Assembly (NCBI GenBank): GCA_002733215.1
Contig: NVUY01000015.1
Span: 324-64,323 of the forward strand
Reading direction: 5' to 3'
DNA: 64,000 nt
Origin: Sulfurovum sp.
GTDB taxonomy: Bacteria; Campylobacterota; Campylobacteria; Campylobacterales; Sulfurovaceae
Of this stretch, positions 10,468-18,563 are shown piece by piece. The notes beneath the pieces are model-generated. The model had not been told where the DNA came from and searched no databases. It was given only the letters and a program-made list of their open reading frames with translations. Made by a program: the position numbers and the translations under genes. Each line of letters starts with the position of its first letter. Positions within the stretch are counted from its first letter, which is position 1.

Positions 10468-11088
10468 ATGAAAAATATATTATTGGTTGTTTTGCTTAGT
10501 GTGTTTGGGTTGGCCGCTAAGGTTAAACATACTACTTTCACTTGTGAGTTTACTACGTATGCTACAGAAAAAGGCAGTTTTTCTGATGATGTTATGAGGT
10601 TTACGCTGGTGACAAATGACAATAACAGTACATATATACGCAAAGGGAGTAAAGATGAATTTCGAGGGAAGATCCTTAGAGGAGACAAAGGACTATCTTT
10701 TGTTGAAGTGAGTAAACGGAACAATATTACTACAACGACTATGTCCAGTCTTTCTTCAGATAAAGACGAACACAAAGCAGTACATAGCAGTAATAGACTT
10801 TTAGATGGTAAACTTTTGGCCAGTCAATACTACGGAACATGTCATCGTGTAGATGAGATCTTAACTCAAAAAGTAAGTTTTCCTATTTCACCAAATAGAC
10901 GACGTAAGATCATTAAGAAGTTAAATGTTGATCAGGAAATAAAAAAGCTCTCAAAACAAGATGCTAAATATGTTAAGGATGCACTCAGAGGAGTATTCCC
11001 TTCAAGACAGGAGATGGAACAGGATATGAGCATAGAGGGGATGATCCTTGTCGGCAGGATCATGGATGACGCAATGAAAGCGAAGTGA
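10468..11088 (+). CDS. hypothetical secreted protein
   Basis: Signal peptide; 206-aa ORF with RBS. Confidence 0.7.
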   Translation: MKNILLVVLLSVFGLAAKVKHTTFTCEFTTYATEKGSFSDDVMRFTLVTNDNNSTYIRKGSKDEFRGKILRGDKGLSFVEVSKRNNITTTTMSSLSSDKDEHKAVHSSNRLLDGKLLASQYYGTCHRVDEILTQKVSFPISPNRRRKIIKKLNVDQEIKKLSKQDAKYVKDALRGVFPSRQEMEQDMSIEGMILVGRIMDDAMKAK

Positions 11089-11112
11089 TTTTTATAGAAA
11101 GCAAAGTGATTT

Positions 11113-11583
11113 CTATATGGCTCTTCTTTCTTTCCTTCTTTCCTCTCCCTGGTAGACTGCTGCATCACTCTTAGGTGTCAAGTCTCTAAAATCTTTATTT
11201 AGGTTGACACCTGACATTTTTTCGAATTCGTCAAATTCACTAGGGTCTATAGTAAATGAAATTTCGGTAATGTGGAGCATATTCCACTTCTGATCGAGAA
11301 CTTCTTTTTGAAATGCGACATGGACAGAAGATATTTTTTTATCATCGCCTTCTTCTTTATTATCTTCGTAGGTATACTTTAGGAACATTGGTAAGAGTTT
11401 GAGTTCCTGTATTTGGTCTATTTTCCCCCACTTTGCTTTGGCAATATTATCTTCATTTGCATTTACATTTTCGCATCCGAAACATCTTCCAGTTAAAATT
11501 CTCTTAAAAGTTCTGCCTGGAGGATCAGGAACGTACTCTTTTTCCTTTTTTTTGGAAAATACATTTTTAAATAATCCTAGCAT
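11113..11583 (-). CDS. hypothetical protein
   Basis: AAGGA RBS; CxxC motif (CFGC). Confidence 0.65.
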   Translation of the reverse strand: MLGLFKNVFSKKKEKEYVPDPPGRTFKRILTGRCFGCENVNANEDNIAKAKWGKIDQIQELKLLPMFLKYTYEDNKEEGDDKKISSVHVAFQKEVLDQKWNMLHITEISFTIDPSEFDEFEKMSGVNLNKDFRDLTPKSDAAVYQGEERRKERRAI

Positions 11584-11734
11584 CAATATCTTCCTTTGTC
11601 TTTTGTTATACAGTATATCTTTTAAATATTGAATATTTTTTTAGAACTTTAACCCTCATAAATAGTATTTTTTTTCTTATATGCATGAGCTTTTATATGA
11701 AAGTAGAAGAGTAAGGAAATATATGATTGGGAGA

Positions 11735-12000
11735 TCAGATCAAGAGGTCAAGCTTGTTGCTAAGCTTAACTTCTTGATAGCGTGTACATTTGAGTTACTT
11801 TAACAAGTTTCTCAACACCTGGGTCATGTTTGACCTAGGAGTCTATCCTCGTCCAAATTCGAGTTTGGACTTACCTTTTTAGAGTGCCAAGTTTAACTCT
11901 TAACTGTAGTATAGTAAAAAACAGATCGAAAGTTAAGGGCATATTTGAGAAACTTTATTTTCAAATATGCTTTAGTTGGAAATGACTACATTTCCTGATA
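11735..12000 (-). ncRNA. candidate structured non-coding RNA(s)
   Basis: Series of hairpins downstream of minus-strand -10 hexamers at about 12005-12010 and 11909-11914; no long ORF. Confidence 0.4.
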
Positions 12001-12010
12001 ATCAATTATA

Positions 12011-12065
12011 TGAATTTAATATGAACTGAGTGTGAACTGAGTGTGAACTGAGTGTGAATTTAATT
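12011..12065 (-). promoter_or_regulatory. five tandem 11-bp direct repeats abutting a minus-strand TATAAT
   Basis: + strand TGAATTTAATA / TGAACTGAGTG x3 / TGAATTTAATT. Confidence 0.65.
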
Positions 12066-12075
12066 TTAGGAATAT

Positions 12076-12095
12076 TCCACCCAAAAGAGGGTGGA
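12076..12095 (-). terminator. hairpin after cytochrome gene
   Basis: TCCACCC-aaaaga-GGGTGGA; weak U-tract. Confidence 0.5.
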
Positions 12096-12110
12096 GTAAA
12101 GAAGTTTTAC

Positions 12111-14600
12111 TTAAAGTGCTTCAGTATAACTTCCTACTTCAGTGACAAGAAGTTTTTTTGCATCACTTGCCGCCTGGTCTAGCCAACCATCAGAACCTGT
12201 AAGGAACTTACCATTTGCACCTTTTTGCATATAGTATATTTTATACGTCGCAGATACACCAGTTAGCCCTGTAATATCGTAAGTGGTTGTATATGTCTCA
12301 GTCTCATTTGGACTTAGACGGTTATCACTTTCAACCTTGTTCGAATCAAATCCTGGACGGACCACAAATACAGAAGGTGTAGATGTATTGCTATCAAGAT
12401 CATACATTTTCCCTGTTTCGTGACCATAGACTCTTGTAAAGTTACTAAGGTTACTGTCAATGGCAATAGCAGCATTTGCAACATCTCCTGTTGTTGTACC
12501 AGAAGTAGAAACAGTTTGATTTGTAAGTGTTGTATCTGTACCAGGGATTCTCACTGTTGTACTATCAAACTTTTGTGAAGTGACTGCACCATTTAAATCT
12601 GGAACTTTTCCAGGGAAACTTAGATCTGCACTTCCATTATTGTGTACCGGTACTAGAGCTAATGCACTTTCATGAAGTACTTTACCTTGAAGTGGTTGTA
12701 CATCATTCTCAATGTTTGTAAATGTTGATGTACCTGTACTGCTTGCTACATCGATCATAGCACCTGTGCCATCTGTAACGATCACACGACTTAACACACG
12801 ACGCATAGGGTGTGCACCTGGGAACATGTGGGCAGTTTTATTTGTAAATATAGTTGTAACGGTTAAAGTATCACCTGTAACACTTGTGCTTATAGACCCT
12901 GCAAATCCACTTTGAATTTTAGCAGTAGCAGATGTTTTATGACCTGTTTTACTTGCACCTAAGAAAGCATGTGAATTAAACCAGCCATCACGCTGAGGGT
13001 TGTCTCCAGCAGGAATAGTTGTATCTTTTTCATCCAATTGAGGGGTTAGATCATATCCTACGGCATCTTTAAATGTTTGTGCATCAAAACTCAAGTCTGG
13101 TCTTGCCCATTGATGAAGAAGGTTACCTTCTATTCTTTCCATGTGACATTTCTGACATTTTGGAGAACTTAAACTATCGTTAATCGCTGTATCTCCGCCT
13201 GTTGTCACTGCCATTTGTGTGGAACAAAGTTCCATAAATTGACCCGGTACTGCTGGAGTTTTTGCACCTGCTGAACGTTGGTGACAGGTTAAACATAAAG
13301 ACTTACCGTGGTCTCCAGCTTCACCTGTAGTGATCTCTTTATCACCGAAATGATTGTTGGTGTCTGCATCAAAGTGAGGGTTAATAAGTGCTATACGGTC
13401 AGTCTGATCATCAGCATTTTCATTTGACTTACCACTAACTCCATATGGTCCGTAGTATGGCCCACCGGTGTAGTGTGTTTTACCGTTTGTTCCATTGATA
13501 TCTACACTTGTCATTGTATAGCGACCATCACTCGCTCTTTTAGATACATCATCCGCATCTTTGTTAGTGTTGTTGTAAGCTACTGGCTTTTCAGGTCCCC
13601 ACAGTCTGAAGAAGTTATTCATATCTTGACTGGAAGCATTGTTATCTTGGTTAAGGATCGTAGCCAATGATCTAATAACAGGTCCATGTGCCCCAGATCT
13701 CATATCTTTTTTAAGTGTATAGGTATCACCACTTTTCATCAATCTAGGTGTTTCTACACTGTGACAAAATGCACAGCTAATACCTTCTTGATTTGATTGG
13801 TGACCAACTTGATAGGTTGCTTTGTATAATTTTTTTGTCCCCTTACTCACAGCAACAACACTTACTGGAACAGTTGCATCAAAAGTTCCTGTCGTAGATA
13901 TAGAGTTAGTTTGCTCAGCTTTCTGTGCAGCAAGTAGTTCATCTGTAGTAGCTATAGGTGAACTAGGAAGTTCAGTGATACTGATACTGAAGTCATTTGC
14001 ATAAAAGGCACCAGGAGCATGACATTTAATACATGTTTTTGCAGCACCTTTGAACATACTTTTTGTACCAACACCAACAGTTGCTTCTTCATAAACGATA
14101 CCAGGACCAAAGCCATCATCCTTAGCACTTAGATCTTCACCAATCTTATTAATATGCGTTCTTAAAAAGTCCTGCATTTTAGACTGGAAGATCGGATCTG
14201 TCCAGGACTTACCATGCATAGAGTCTTTCCATGTATCATACAGTTCATTATGACAATTTTGACACTTATTTTTTGGACTGTCAAAAAGTGTACTTCCATA
14301 GCCTGTACCTGTATGGTATTCGGCTTTAGCAGCTGAAGGTGGTGAAACTCTTGTTCCTCCTGTATAATCTACATATTCTATGTCCCCATTTGCTAATATG
14401 GTTTGATACCCTAATTCACCTGGTTTTGGATCTGTTGAACCTGGTGGTGGTGTTACAACAGGTGGCGGTGTCACACCTGAAGGTGGTATCTCATCCCCTA
14501 CCACATACGATATTCCTCCACCATTATCACATCCGCTTAAAGCGAGTAAGGCAGATATGGAAAGCATCAGTGCCCATGTTTTAAAGTTTGTATATTTCAT
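12111..14600 (-). CDS. multiheme (5 CxxCH) c-type cytochrome lipoprotein, c554-like N-terminal domain
   Basis: Lipobox LSGC; Pro-rich linker; CQNCH, CIKCH, CAFCH, CLTCH, CQKCH; WxxSMH motif. Confidence 0.9.
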   Translation of the reverse strand: MKYTNFKTWALMLSISALLALSGCDNGGGISYVVGDEIPPSGVTPPPVVTPPPGSTDPKPGELGYQTILANGDIEYVDYTGGTRVSPPSAAKAEYHTGTGYGSTLFDSPKNKCQNCHNELYDTWKDSMHGKSWTDPIFQSKMQDFLRTHINKIGEDLSAKDDGFGPGIVYEEATVGVGTKSMFKGAAKTCIKCHAPGAFYANDFSISITELPSSPIATTDELLAAQKAEQTNSISTTGTFDATVPVSVVAVSKGTKKLYKATYQVGHQSNQEGISCAFCHSVETPRLMKSGDTYTLKKDMRSGAHGPVIRSLATILNQDNNASSQDMNNFFRLWGPEKPVAYNNTNKDADDVSKRASDGRYTMTSVDINGTNGKTHYTGGPYYGPYGVSGKSNENADDQTDRIALINPHFDADTNNHFGDKEITTGEAGDHGKSLCLTCHQRSAGAKTPAVPGQFMELCSTQMAVTTGGDTAINDSLSSPKCQKCHMERIEGNLLHQWARPDLSFDAQTFKDAVGYDLTPQLDEKDTTIPAGDNPQRDGWFNSHAFLGASKTGHKTSATAKIQSGFAGSISTSVTGDTLTVTTIFTNKTAHMFPGAHPMRRVLSRVIVTDGTGAMIDVASSTGTSTFTNIENDVQPLQGKVLHESALALVPVHNNGSADLSFPGKVPDLNGAVTSQKFDSTTVRIPGTDTTLTNQTVSTSGTTTGDVANAAIAIDSNLSNFTRVYGHETGKMYDLDSNTSTPSVFVVRPGFDSNKVESDNRLSPNETETYTTTYDITGLTGVSATYKIYYMQKGANGKFLTGSDGWLDQAASDAKKLLVTEVGSYTEAL

Positions 14601-14747
14601 CTTTTCCCCTTTTTTTTACATATATTAAGTGACAACAGTGTCCCCATATCACTCTTAAGATCGGTACTACCGACACCTTTAAAGACCAGTCCAATAAGTG
14701 TCAAAATAGACACCACGAATAATTGAAACAGATAATTTTATAATACA

Positions 14748-14768
14748 AGTGTTAATTAAGTGTGAATT
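14748..14768 (-). promoter_or_regulatory. 11-bp direct-repeat pair upstream of cytochrome promoter
   Basis: Minus strand TTCACACTTAATTAACACTT directly before a -10-like hexamer; same core as the 12011-12065 repeats. Confidence 0.5.
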
Positions 14769-15122
14769 TTACTTTAAGTTATACTTAAATGTATATATTT
14801 TTAATAATAAATATAATATAGACTAATAGCTATAAGAATTTTTTAAAATATTTAACGATATATGAGAATATGACATATATTTCACTGTGAAGTTAATAGA
14901 CAGCTTTTTTGCTTCAACTGAAAGAAGTGTAAATGAATGACTCAAAGGGTTACCTCTAATGTTATAAAGCTTATTACGGAGTGTCTCTATGATGTGCTTT
15001 ACAATTATGCAGTCTTATTATCCCCCAGTTTTCTATTTCGAGACTGGGGATTTCTAGCTTCAAGAATTAAGTAAAATAAAAATGCTATAATAGTAAAATA
15101 ATTAATAAACAAGGGAAAAGTT

Positions 15123-15725
15123 TTGAAAAAAATAGCATTATCAGTAGTGACAGCAGTAACAATAAGTAGTTTGGCGTTTGCAGGTGGAGATGTTGCACCG
15201 GTGGTGGCACCTGTGGTGATAGATGAAGTGAGACCTTTTTATATAGGTCTTGGTCTTTCTGCTGTGAGTACCCGTGATTCCCGTACCTCATTGAAGTTTT
15301 TCGACAATAAGGATGGACAAGAGGAAACGGGAGATGTCTCCGCTATGGTGGGATATGATTTTAACCCGTACATCGCGATAGAAGGTCGCTACATGACTTC
15401 TATGTGGTATGAAGATTCTCTTAATAGAAACTCATGGGGGATCTATGCGAAACCGCAATATCCTGTAACGGATGAGTTTTCTGTGTATGTACTGCTTGGT
15501 TATGGCGGTATGCGTGTTAACAGCATAAGTAGAAGTCTTATTCATGTACATGATACAGGTTTTCAGTGGGGTCTGGGTCTAAGTTATGCCGTGTCGGAAC
15601 ATGCGGACGTGTTTTTTGATTATGTGGATGTTGCAAATAATATGGATTCAGATATCTTTGATGGCGTACCTTTTGCAGAAGTGGATTCAGATGCACTTAC
15701 CGTGGGTGTAACTTATAATTTTTAA
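15123..15725 (+). CDS. outer-membrane beta-barrel (OmpA-like/porin family) protein
   Basis: Signal peptide, alternating beta pattern, C-terminal GVTYNF. Confidence 0.9.
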   Translation: MKKIALSVVTAVTISSLAFAGGDVAPVVAPVVIDEVRPFYIGLGLSAVSTRDSRTSLKFFDNKDGQEETGDVSAMVGYDFNPYIAIEGRYMTSMWYEDSLNRNSWGIYAKPQYPVTDEFSVYVLLGYGGMRVNSISRSLIHVHDTGFQWGLGLSYAVSEHADVFFDYVDVANNMDSDIFDGVPFAEVDSDALTVGVTYNF

Positions 15726-15739
15726 TCTCCTTTTTCGAG

Positions 15740-16837
15740 TCAGCTCCTGATCTCCAAAAAGTTTCTGGTACTGATGTCATCCCAGGGTTTATTGAGCTTT
15801 ACAAAGGCTTCGTAGCTTTTTAAGACACGTTTGAAATCAGAGCTTTTTTGGCTTTCGTCCTCCAGAACTTCACGAAGCGCTATTTTCGCTGCATCCATCA
15901 TATCTTTGGGAAAAGCCTTGATCTGTACGTTTAAGGGAAGTACCTGCAGTGCTTTGGCATTTTTATAACGGAACTCCTGCAGCATATTGGATGTCATCTC
16001 TTCGGAAGCCGCAGTAATGATGGCCTGATGTTCCGCACTTAGCTTTTCCCATCGGGTTTTGTTGAAAGTGATCTCCAAAATGGAACCGGGTTCATGCCAT
16101 CCTGTATAATAATAGGGTGCTGCTTTTGCAAAACCCATCATACTGTCCAGAGCAGGTCCTACCCATTCTGTTGCATCAATGGTACCGCGTTCAAGAGAAG
16201 TGTAGATCTCTCCGGCAGGAAGTAGTACAGGGTTGACACCAAGTTTTTTCATCACCTCTCCGCCAAGTCCGGGGATACGCATTTTAAGACCTTTGAGGTC
16301 AGCTAGAGAGCGTATCTCTTTTTTGAACCAGCCACCCATTTGAGGACCTGTTGTGCCCCCTATGAGAGGGTAAAGGTTAAACTTACCGTACATCTCACGC
16401 CAGAGTGCATAGCCACCTCCAAATTTCATCCAGGTGATCATCTCTTCGCTTGTAAGACCCAGCGGCATCCCTCCAAAGATGGAAAAAGCAGGGTTTTTGC
16501 CTTTCCAGTAGTAGACACCCGAATGAAAAGCATCGATCTGTGCCGCTGAAGTGGCATCAAAAACCTGCAGGGCAGGGACTAAAATGTTTTTAGGATAGAC
16601 TTTAATTTCAAGACTTCCCCCGGAGAGTTCAAAACAGCGTTTTGCAAAGCTGTCTACACCTGTACCCATGATGGGAAAATGTGCAGGCCAGGAGGTAGCA
16701 AGTTTGAGTGTGACCTTTTTGGCTTTATTGATGCTTACGGTACCATCTTCTGCTGTCTCTTCTGCTCTATGGCATCCTGATAATGCCAATGCCGCTGCAC
16801 TTATGCTGGTACCGGTGATAAAGTCTCGTCTTTTCAT
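15740..16837 (-). CDS. dctP: TRAP transporter substrate-binding protein (DctP/TakP type), Tat lipoprotein
   Basis: RRDF twin-arginine signal; QMGGWF, KMRIPGLGG and EWVGP. Confidence 0.9.
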   Translation of the reverse strand: MKRRDFITGTSISAAALALSGCHRAEETAEDGTVSINKAKKVTLKLATSWPAHFPIMGTGVDSFAKRCFELSGGSLEIKVYPKNILVPALQVFDATSAAQIDAFHSGVYYWKGKNPAFSIFGGMPLGLTSEEMITWMKFGGGYALWREMYGKFNLYPLIGGTTGPQMGGWFKKEIRSLADLKGLKMRIPGLGGEVMKKLGVNPVLLPAGEIYTSLERGTIDATEWVGPALDSMMGFAKAAPYYYTGWHEPGSILEITFNKTRWEKLSAEHQAIITAASEEMTSNMLQEFRYKNAKALQVLPLNVQIKAFPKDMMDAAKIALREVLEDESQKSSDFKRVLKSYEAFVKLNKPWDDISTRNFLEIRS

Positions 16838-16903
16838 TTGTTGTCCTCGTAGCGTGGAAAGTATTAATTAGATAAATAGTAACATAACAATGAATAAATA
16901 AGG

Positions 16904-17548
16904 ATGAAAATGAAGTGTCAACTCTGCAATAAAGAAACAGAATCGTTTGTGCATGAGAAAACTAATATTAAATACTATCAATGTTCTAACTGCGAATACA
17001 TCTTTAAATCACCAGCGTGTCATCAGGACCTTTCTGTACAAAAAGAGCGTTATGACCTGCATACCAATGATGAAAATGATGAGGGGTATCGCGCTTACTT
17101 TCAACGTTTTTTAGACTTTACACTTCCTTTGGTAGGTAAACCTGAAACTGCTTTGGATTTTGGCTGTGGCAAAAGCTCTCTGCTTGCGGCACTACTTGAA
17201 AAAGAAGGTATCTCCTGTGAGTATTATGATCCTATCTATCATTCGAATACATCTATTGATAGTAGAAAATATGAACTTATTGTTTCAACAGAAGTATTTG
17301 AACATTTACATCAGCCCAAAGAAGTATTTGAAAGTTTATTGGAACGCTTGGAAACGGGTGGATACCTTGCACTTCAGACACAGTTCCATCCCAATGATAT
17401 AGAGCGTTTTAAAAAATGGTACTACCATCAGGATCCTACACATATTGTTTTTTTTACTGCTCAGACTTTTAGAGCCCTTTGTAAAGAATATGCTTGTGAA
17501 TATATAAGTGATAATGGGAAAAATATGGTACTGATCAGAAAGATCTGA
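16904..17548 (+). CDS. class I SAM-dependent methyltransferase with N-terminal Zn ribbon
   Basis: CxxC...CxxC; LDFGCG; TEVFEH. Confidence 0.9.
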   Translation: MKMKCQLCNKETESFVHEKTNIKYYQCSNCEYIFKSPACHQDLSVQKERYDLHTNDENDEGYRAYFQRFLDFTLPLVGKPETALDFGCGKSSLLAALLEKEGISCEYYDPIYHSNTSIDSRKYELIVSTEVFEHLHQPKEVFESLLERLETGGYLALQTQFHPNDIERFKKWYYHQDPTHIVFFTAQTFRALCKEYACEYISDNGKNMVLIRKI

Positions 17549-17571
17549 TACCTACATATTTGTTGTAGGTA
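17549..17571. terminator. hairpin between convergent genes
   Basis: TACCTACA-tatttgt-TGTAGGTA. Confidence 0.55.
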
Positions 17572-18552
17572 TTAAAAGAGTGAATACTCTTCTTTGATCG
17601 TATTTAAAATACTTTTATCTGCATTGTAAATAAAGGCATAGTTAAAATGGATCTTTTTGAGTAGTTCGCGTACTTCTTCTTCTGTATTGAACCAGTGAGG
17701 ATGATCGATGCCCGGTACTTTCGTTTTGGGTGGTGTCATCACAACACTTTTTACCCACATGTTAGATCTCATAACATATTCTCTTGCTTTGGTGATGTCT
17801 GCAAGATTATCGGTAAATATGACGACTTTATCACTTTTGCTTGCCTGGGTACTTCTTAGTTTAGAGTCGATAAAGACAGGTAAAAAGTGTTTGGTATATT
17901 TGATACGATCCATAGTATACGGCATGTCATGCAGGTTACAGAAATCTACAGCACGCAAGAGGTATTCTAAATGGAAGGGGATCAACTCTTTTTCCTGGTA
18001 CACAAAACCATCTACTTTAAAGGTACTTTTAAAGAGTGTATCAGAGACAAGGTAGCCGTCTACTTCTCTGTTGATCTTTTCTATGTCCGGTTTGATGAGC
18101 TGCATCAACTCTTTATCTGTACCGACAAAAAGTGTACCGTCAGAGTTAAGTATCTGCTCAAATGCTTTTCTCCAGTCATTAGGAATAAAAGATACATTTC
18201 CTTTATGTTGAATGAGCATTTTTAAAAAAGTGAGTTCATGTTCAGAGAGTAAATAAAACTTTGACTCTTTTTTGATGACAACATAGCGAATGAGTTTAAA
18301 GGCTGCAAGCTGGATATCTGAGACTTTTATCCATGCGATCTCATCATCTTTTTTTATGACATTTTCATCATCATAGACGATGGCATAGGCACCGTTTTCT
18401 ATGGCTTTATCTATCTCTTCCTGATTTGAAGAGAAGAACAGATCACCATGCTCTACTTTAGAGTAGTAAACGGTAGCCGCTCCTATAGCCTGTACTTTAG
18501 GTGTGTTCGTGAGTATTCCCTCTGTGAGGTTTAAGATATCTTCTATTTTCAT
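17572..18552 (-). CDS. conserved hypothetical protein with Mur-ligase-like N-terminus
   Basis: GDLFF...AIENGAYAIV resembles the Mur N-terminal domain; lies downstream of metG as in other Campylobacterota. Confidence 0.7.
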   Translation of the reverse strand: MKIEDILNLTEGILTNTPKVQAIGAATVYYSKVEHGDLFFSSNQEEIDKAIENGAYAIVYDDENVIKKDDEIAWIKVSDIQLAAFKLIRYVVIKKESKFYLLSEHELTFLKMLIQHKGNVSFIPNDWRKAFEQILNSDGTLFVGTDKELMQLIKPDIEKINREVDGYLVSDTLFKSTFKVDGFVYQEKELIPFHLEYLLRAVDFCNLHDMPYTMDRIKYTKHFLPVFIDSKLRSTQASKSDKVVIFTDNLADITKAREYVMRSNMWVKSVVMTPPKTKVPGIDHPHWFNTEEEVRELLKKIHFNYAFIYNADKSILNTIKEEYSLF

Positions 18553-18563
18553 GTTTACCCTCT

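Noticed and set aside
12011-12065. CRISPR array or replication iterons
   Set aside because: Units are 11 bp with no spacers; no cas or rep gene nearby.
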